Below the pieces are notes generated by a model. The model was not told the origin of the DNA. It saw only the letters and a program-made list of their open reading frames with translations, and did no database searches. From a virus: 64,000 nt of DNA. Below, piece by piece: positions 59,942 to 64,000 of the stretch; position 1 is the first letter of the stretch, and every line of letters begins with the position of its first letter. Made by a program: the position numbers and the translations under genes. The DNA lies in IMG/VR virus record IMGVR_UViG_3300020048_000068, positions 32,317 to 96,316 of that record, one strand, 5' to 3'.

Positions 59942-60088
59942 ATGATGACAATTAAAGAATGTACTTGTATCCATACTTATCAAGATAAAACTCTTGGTAA
60001 GTTTAAAAGATGGATGAATGAATTATTTGGTAATAGTGGTTGGAGATGCACTGTTTGTGGAACCATTTATAAAACAGGTAAAAAATGA
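59942..60088 (+). CDS. 48-aa Zn-binding protein
   Basis: Not in the track; CTCIHTYQD...RCTVCG; ATGA overlap with the next gene. Confidence 0.6.
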   Translation: MMTIKECTCIHTYQDKTLGKFKRWMNELFGNSGWRCTVCGTIYKTGKK

Positions 60089-60399
60089 TATTTGAAATTG
60101 ATAACAATAATAAAACCTTCATTGTTGATTTTAAACATAACATAGAAGATAGAATAACCACAGGTATACTCTATTTGTATGATAAAAAAACTAAGGAAAA
60201 AGAAGAACTATTAAGAAATATAGCTTTGTGTAATGAGAAAGATCAATACAATAAGTCGCAAGGTAGAAAAGTAGTTTTAAGAAGATTACTACACAATCTT
60301 AGAGCTGATCGTTGTTTTAAAACACAAATTTGGAAACAATACTTTATACAAACAAATAAAATATATTGTACTAATAAAAAATTCAATCTATATACATGA
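60085..60399 (+). CDS. Hypothetical protein with A.C...D.Y.K..GRK motif
   Basis: IALCNEKDQYNKSQGRKVVLRRLL. Confidence 0.6.
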   Translation: MIFEIDNNNKTFIVDFKHNIEDRITTGILYLYDKKTKEKEELLRNIALCNEKDQYNKSQGRKVVLRRLLHNLRADRCFKTQIWKQYFIQTNKIYCTNKKFNLYT

Positions 60400-60668
60400 A
60401 AGATTCAGATATCACAAGTTATAATGAAAGTTGGTTACTAGAGAACAAAGACAAATATGTTTATTGTATACCTAAAGACTATCCTAAAGCCTTTCCTATT
60501 AGTCATATTTATAAACATACTGAATTAGATTTCCTTAATAGTATAACACCATTAACATTTAATGATATCAATGTTAATACCATATTAACAGATACTTTAG
60601 ATTATGAACTATGGCAGAAAACTATGAGTTATCCTTTTCAGATTGAAGAAATAGATTTTAATAATTAA
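60396..60668 (+). CDS. Hypothetical protein
   Basis: 90-aa ORF, ATGA-coupled. Confidence 0.5.
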   Translation: MKDSDITSYNESWLLENKDKYVYCIPKDYPKAFPISHIYKHTELDFLNSITPLTFNDINVNTILTDTLDYELWQKTMSYPFQIEEIDFNN

Positions 60669-60923
60669 TAACTTTTGACTTTACTTTTATGTGAATCCAG
60701 TCTCAGTCAAACTAGTACGTTGAACCAATAAACAGTATTATACTGTATTATACATATATACAGAAGATTTCAGCATTCTTACATTTACATCTCTAAAGTG
60801 AGTTATTTATGTACTCTTAGAATTATAATCTGTTCTAAGAGTACTTTATTTCTAATTATGCACCTATGCTGGAATTGGTGTATGATATATGGTATTGTAG
60901 ATATAGTAAAAGAATAAATTAAT

Positions 60924-61005
60924 GCGGGTGTGATGAAATTGGTAAACATAATGGTCTTAAAAACCATTGAGGAAACTCTTGGGGATTCGACTTCCCCCAT
61001 CCGTA
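60924..61005 (+). tRNA. tRNA-Leu(TAA)
   Basis: Acceptor GCGGGTG/CATCCGT; D-loop with GG; ATGGT-CTTAAAA-ACCAT; long variable arm; TTCGA T-loop. Confidence 0.85.
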
Positions 61006-61037
61006 CAATAACTTATTATAACATAAACTAACAACAA

Positions 61038-61826
61038 ATGAAATATAAAGAAGTTAAAGAAGCTCTTATTAATAAAGGTTTTGTTTTAGAGTGGTGTCAA
61101 TCAGCAGGTGTATTAGATGCTGTTACTTTTATTTCTCCTACATACTGTAGTGAAACAAATGATGGTATTACTATTGAGTTTGATTGTAAAGAAGAAGATT
61201 TACCAATTAACATTAGAAATCATGAAGAATTTAGTTATGATGATAAATGGATTGAAGAATTAGATGTTAAAAATATCCTTTTTAATATTGATAAAGGAAT
61301 ATCATTCGGAGTTAATGGTTGTAGCAACAATGTTCTTCTTGAATATGAATATAAGTGTAGTGGTAATTATAAAACAAATCCATCTACTTTATATTTGTTT
61401 TCTTATTTTTTAGATATCTTTACAACTGATGATTATATTCATTTCTGTAATCGATTTCTAAAAGAATATCTTATCTTCACAAATATAATTTTAAATAAAT
61501 TTAAACCTATTCTTAATAGGTTTAAATGTTCTATTCAATCTTTTAATATGATTAACAATTACGATATTGTTCCACAATATTGTGATAAAAGCATTAATTA
61601 TGTTTTCAAAAAACCATATGGAAATGTAATTTTTTATTTCGACAATGTTACTTGGAAAATGTTTTGTCAGATTCAAATTTATCCTTTAATAACAGAAGAA
61701 GAAATGGATGGAGCAACGTTTGATTTAAATTGTGATATTAACTTATTTGAAACCGAATTAAATAAACAAATTAAATTACAATTAGAACTTGAAGAAAAAT
61801 ATTATTTGAAGAAAAATATTATTTAA
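61038..61826 (+). CDS. Hypothetical protein
   Basis: 262-aa ORF, no recognised motif. Confidence 0.6.
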   Translation: MKYKEVKEALINKGFVLEWCQSAGVLDAVTFISPTYCSETNDGITIEFDCKEEDLPINIRNHEEFSYDDKWIEELDVKNILFNIDKGISFGVNGCSNNVLLEYEYKCSGNYKTNPSTLYLFSYFLDIFTTDDYIHFCNRFLKEYLIFTNIILNKFKPILNRFKCSIQSFNMINNYDIVPQYCDKSINYVFKKPYGNVIFYFDNVTWKMFCQIQIYPLITEEEMDGATFDLNCDINLFETELNKQIKLQLELEEKYYLKKNII

Positions 61827-61996
61827 ACAAAAATAATCTATAATTATATACATGTTGGTAAAATATTCTTTTCATAATAATGAAATCATGAAAAAAAAAT
61901 TAAATTGTTTAATTAAGATATTACTAAATTACAAAAGAAATTATAGATTTTGTCATAAAGATGTTAGACAATATGAATACAAATTAAATAAATATT

Positions 61997-62332
61997 ATGA
62001 ATGAATTAATTTATGACAAAACAATTAGGATTAATGATATAGTAACTTCTTATGATGATGGTTATTGGGAAGTTACTCATATCGAAATAAGAAAACCTTA
62101 TAAAAATGGAGTTTTTAAAAATATTACTCCCCCACCTCTATTGTCTGGTAATTACGTAATGACATCAAGTGGAATAATTGTTAAGCATGGAAAAACTAAT
62201 ACTTGGGATGCTTCCCATTCACAAAAAGTAACAAAAGAATGGATTATGAGTGTTTATAATAAGGAAATAGATAATGCAGCAATTAAAAGAGATAATCTTT
62301 TTCATCTTATAGGAAATAACTATGATTACTAA
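61997..62332 (+). CDS. Hypothetical protein
   Basis: 111-aa ORF. Confidence 0.55.
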   Translation: MNELIYDKTIRINDIVTSYDDGYWEVTHIEIRKPYKNGVFKNITPPPLLSGNYVMTSSGIIVKHGKTNTWDASHSQKVTKEWIMSVYNKEIDNAAIKRDNLFHLIGNNYDY

Positions 62333-62564
62333 ATTATATAAAATAGAAGACATAACTACTACTGTTAATAACGTAGATTTCTGTTTAAATGAAGACATTT
62401 ATGATGTTGTTCGCATCTACTGTGAAAATTATGGTTATAAAATAATTAGAAATCAAGAGTATATTCGTATTCCAGAAACATTATTTGTGTTACTTAACAA
62501 TGATGATATTGAAAATCCAAAAGTTTTTGAAATTAAAATAACACCACAAGAAATATTAAAATGA
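62322..62564 (+). CDS. Hypothetical protein
   Basis: 80-aa ORF, coupled. Confidence 0.5.
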   Translation: MITKLYKIEDITTTVNNVDFCLNEDIYDVVRIYCENYGYKIIRNQEYIRIPETLFVLLNNDDIENPKVFEIKITPQEILK

Positions 62565-63079
62565 ACAATCCACTAATTGACCTTATACAAACATATCAGT
62601 TACTTGATAATCTTCTTACTAATAGTGAAGGAGAAGTAACAGAAGAAATTAATAATCTATTAAATAATTTTGATGGTGATCTTAAAACTCTATTAGATAA
62701 CTATAGAGGATGGATTAGCTTTAATGAATCCCAAGCAAGCATGTATGAAGTTGAAGAAAAGCGTTTAAAAGCACGTAAAGAGGCTTGTAAAACAAGAATA
62801 GAACATGCACGTTCAGTTATTCAAGAAGCAATTGAACTCGCAGGCGAGACGAAAATTAAGACTGATAATGCAAGTTATTCATTAAGACAAACAGAGAGTT
62901 GGAAAGTTAAAGATGATATTGATAGTACAACTAAAGTAGCTATGGTTGATGCGGGTTTTGCAACCCTGGAATTTAAACCGTTCATTACTACTATTAAAGA
63001 AGCAGTAAGAAATCATACCCTTACTTGTATTCCTTCTTATATTGATATAAAAAGGAATACTTCATTAATTATAAGATAA
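62561..63079 (+). CDS. Siphovirus Gp157-like (Gam-like) coiled-coil protein
   Basis: EGEVTEE..EEKRLKARKE..KIKTDNASYSLR..SLIIR architecture. Confidence 0.75.
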   Translation: MNNPLIDLIQTYQLLDNLLTNSEGEVTEEINNLLNNFDGDLKTLLDNYRGWISFNESQASMYEVEEKRLKARKEACKTRIEHARSVIQEAIELAGETKIKTDNASYSLRQTESWKVKDDIDSTTKVAMVDAGFATLEFKPFITTIKEAVRNHTLTCIPSYIDIKRNTSLIIR

Positions 63080-63238
63080 ACAATTATGGAATAGAAATTA
63101 TTTATTATATTAATGACATTAATAAGCATTGTTTTAAATTTCGTTCGAGTCGAGGCGGGGTGAGTAGTGAAATAGTAATAAAGTAACTACATGGCCCAGC
63201 CTAATAGGAAAGCGGATTCCTTTAATAATATTTTGGTT

Positions 63239-63312
63239 TTCAGTATAGCTCAGAGGCAGAGCATTCAGGCGTAATAGTCCAGAGGTCATAGGTTCGAGTC
63301 CTATTACTGAAA
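63239..63312 (+). tRNA. tRNA-like gene with irregular anticodon arm (identity undetermined)
   Basis: Acceptor TTCAGTA/TACTGAA, D-arm GCTC/GAGC, T-arm ATAGG-TTCGAGT-CCTAT; the anticodon arm has an A-A mismatch and a ~9-nt loop. Confidence 0.6.
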
Positions 63313-63474
63313 CGAAGTTTGGTTCGATTCCAAATGGGTTACTGACATACTGGTGTGAAGGGAGTGTAGTTCGATTCTACATGATTACAGGTTTATTATG
63401 ATGATAAAATAGTAAACTAACTTAGGTGAGCTGAGTACGAGCAAGGGAGCGTTAGACCCTTCAAATTTATTTAC

Positions 63475-63581
63475 AAAAACTATTGTAATCCTAGAGGTCG
63501 CAACCAAAAGTAACATATTCAAAACACAATATGTAGGTGCACTATCATATTTGAGAATATGCAAATAGTACAATAGTTTTT
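63475..63581 (+). ncRNA. Closed multi-stem RNA element
   Basis: 13-bp closing stem AAAAACTATTGTA/TACAATAGTTTTT enclosing three hairpins. Confidence 0.5.
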
Positions 63582-63614
63582 TTATATTAAAACATTATTA
63601 AACATTAAATAATT

Positions 63615-63752
63615 ATGGAAGAAACAATTACTATTACAAAATCAGAATACGAATCTCTTTTAGAAGATTCAAATGTATTGAATTCATTGTATGCTGCTGG
63701 TGTTGATAATTGGTGTGGTTATGATGAAGCTATGAATTCAGAAGAAAATTAA
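63615..63752 (+). CDS. 45-aa small phage protein with AGVDNWxGY motif
   Basis: Not in the track; MEETITITKSEYESLLEDSNVLNSLYAAGVDNWCGYDEAMNSEEN. Confidence 0.7.
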   Translation: MEETITITKSEYESLLEDSNVLNSLYAAGVDNWCGYDEAMNSEEN

Positions 63753-63766
63753 ATTATCATTATTTT

Positions 63767-63874
63767 ATAATAAACCAAGGTAATACAGTGTAGATTTGTC
63801 TACTACAACTTAGTCACTAATATAGATGATTAAGAGAAAAGTATCTGATGACAAAGATCACCTTGGTTTATTAT
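63767..63874 (+). ncRNA. Closed four-way-junction RNA element
   Basis: 15-bp closing stem ATAATAAACCAAGGT/ACCTTGGTTTATTAT enclosing three hairpins, then a T-tract. Confidence 0.55.
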
Positions 63875-63901
63875 TTTTTTTATTAACTAAATAAATTGCC
63901 T

Positions 63902-64000
63902 ATGAAGAAATTAATACTATTAAGTTTAATATTACTAACTCCTGTAATAAGTATTGCGCAATCAGGTATTGCAAGTTATTATGGTGAACAACATCAAGGT
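63902..64000 (+). CDS. RlpA-like (DPBB) protein, 5' part
   Basis: Signal peptide followed by QSGIASYYG; truncated by the window end. Confidence 0.65.
   Translation, partial: MKKLILLSLILLTPVISIAQSGIASYYGEQHQG

Noticed and set aside
55749-63573. Minus-strand ORFs in the early region (55749, 56323, 60803, 61491, 63385)
   Set aside because: They are antisense to + strand genes, tRNA-Leu, low-complexity DNA or structured RNA elements.
63845-63851. CTGATGA as a hammerhead ribozyme core
   Set aside because: No stem II followed by GAAA downstream; the nearby GAAA is on the wrong side. CTGATGT at ~56908 also fails the consensus.
1-64000. Stop-codon reassignment, as in some Crassvirales
   Set aside because: Core genes (TerL, portal, MCP, vRNAP) are full length in the standard code, and no suppressor tRNA was seen.

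Overview
This 64 kb window is part of an AT-rich crAss-like (Crassvirales-type) phage genome read in the standard genetic code. About 1-54.7 kb is one minus-strand late/virion module. In transcription order it holds HTH and IHF-like proteins, an M15 endolysin, an Acb2-like anti-CBASS sponge, terminase, portal, putative scaffold, major capsid protein, a free-standing Zn-ribbon/Vsr-type homing endonuclease, ring proteins, tail fibres, an apparently split muzzle/stabilisation protein, and giant ejected cargo proteins. The cargo includes a 4125-aa virion RNA polymerase (DFDVD), and a ferritin gene sits between two cargo genes. From about 54.9 kb the + strand carries small early genes, repeated promoter-like boxes, tRNAs and many structured intergenic RNAs. 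Main leads: (1) two unrelated DGR-type variable regions, one in a tail receptor-binding protein and one in an early FGE-sulfatase/CLec protein, with foreign GC-rich codon usage and no RT or template repeat in the window, so possibly diversified in trans by a host DGR; (2) a D-armless tRNA-like RNA with a UAU anticodon; (3) several closed multi-stem RNAs among the early genes; (4) repeated peptide separators ([IV]H[PL]SP[LI] and [YFM]AxGG) that divide the cargo proteins into modules; (5) a nucleotidyltransferase domain inside a cargo ORF missing from the ORF track. All family calls are motif recognition by eye; no database searches were run.
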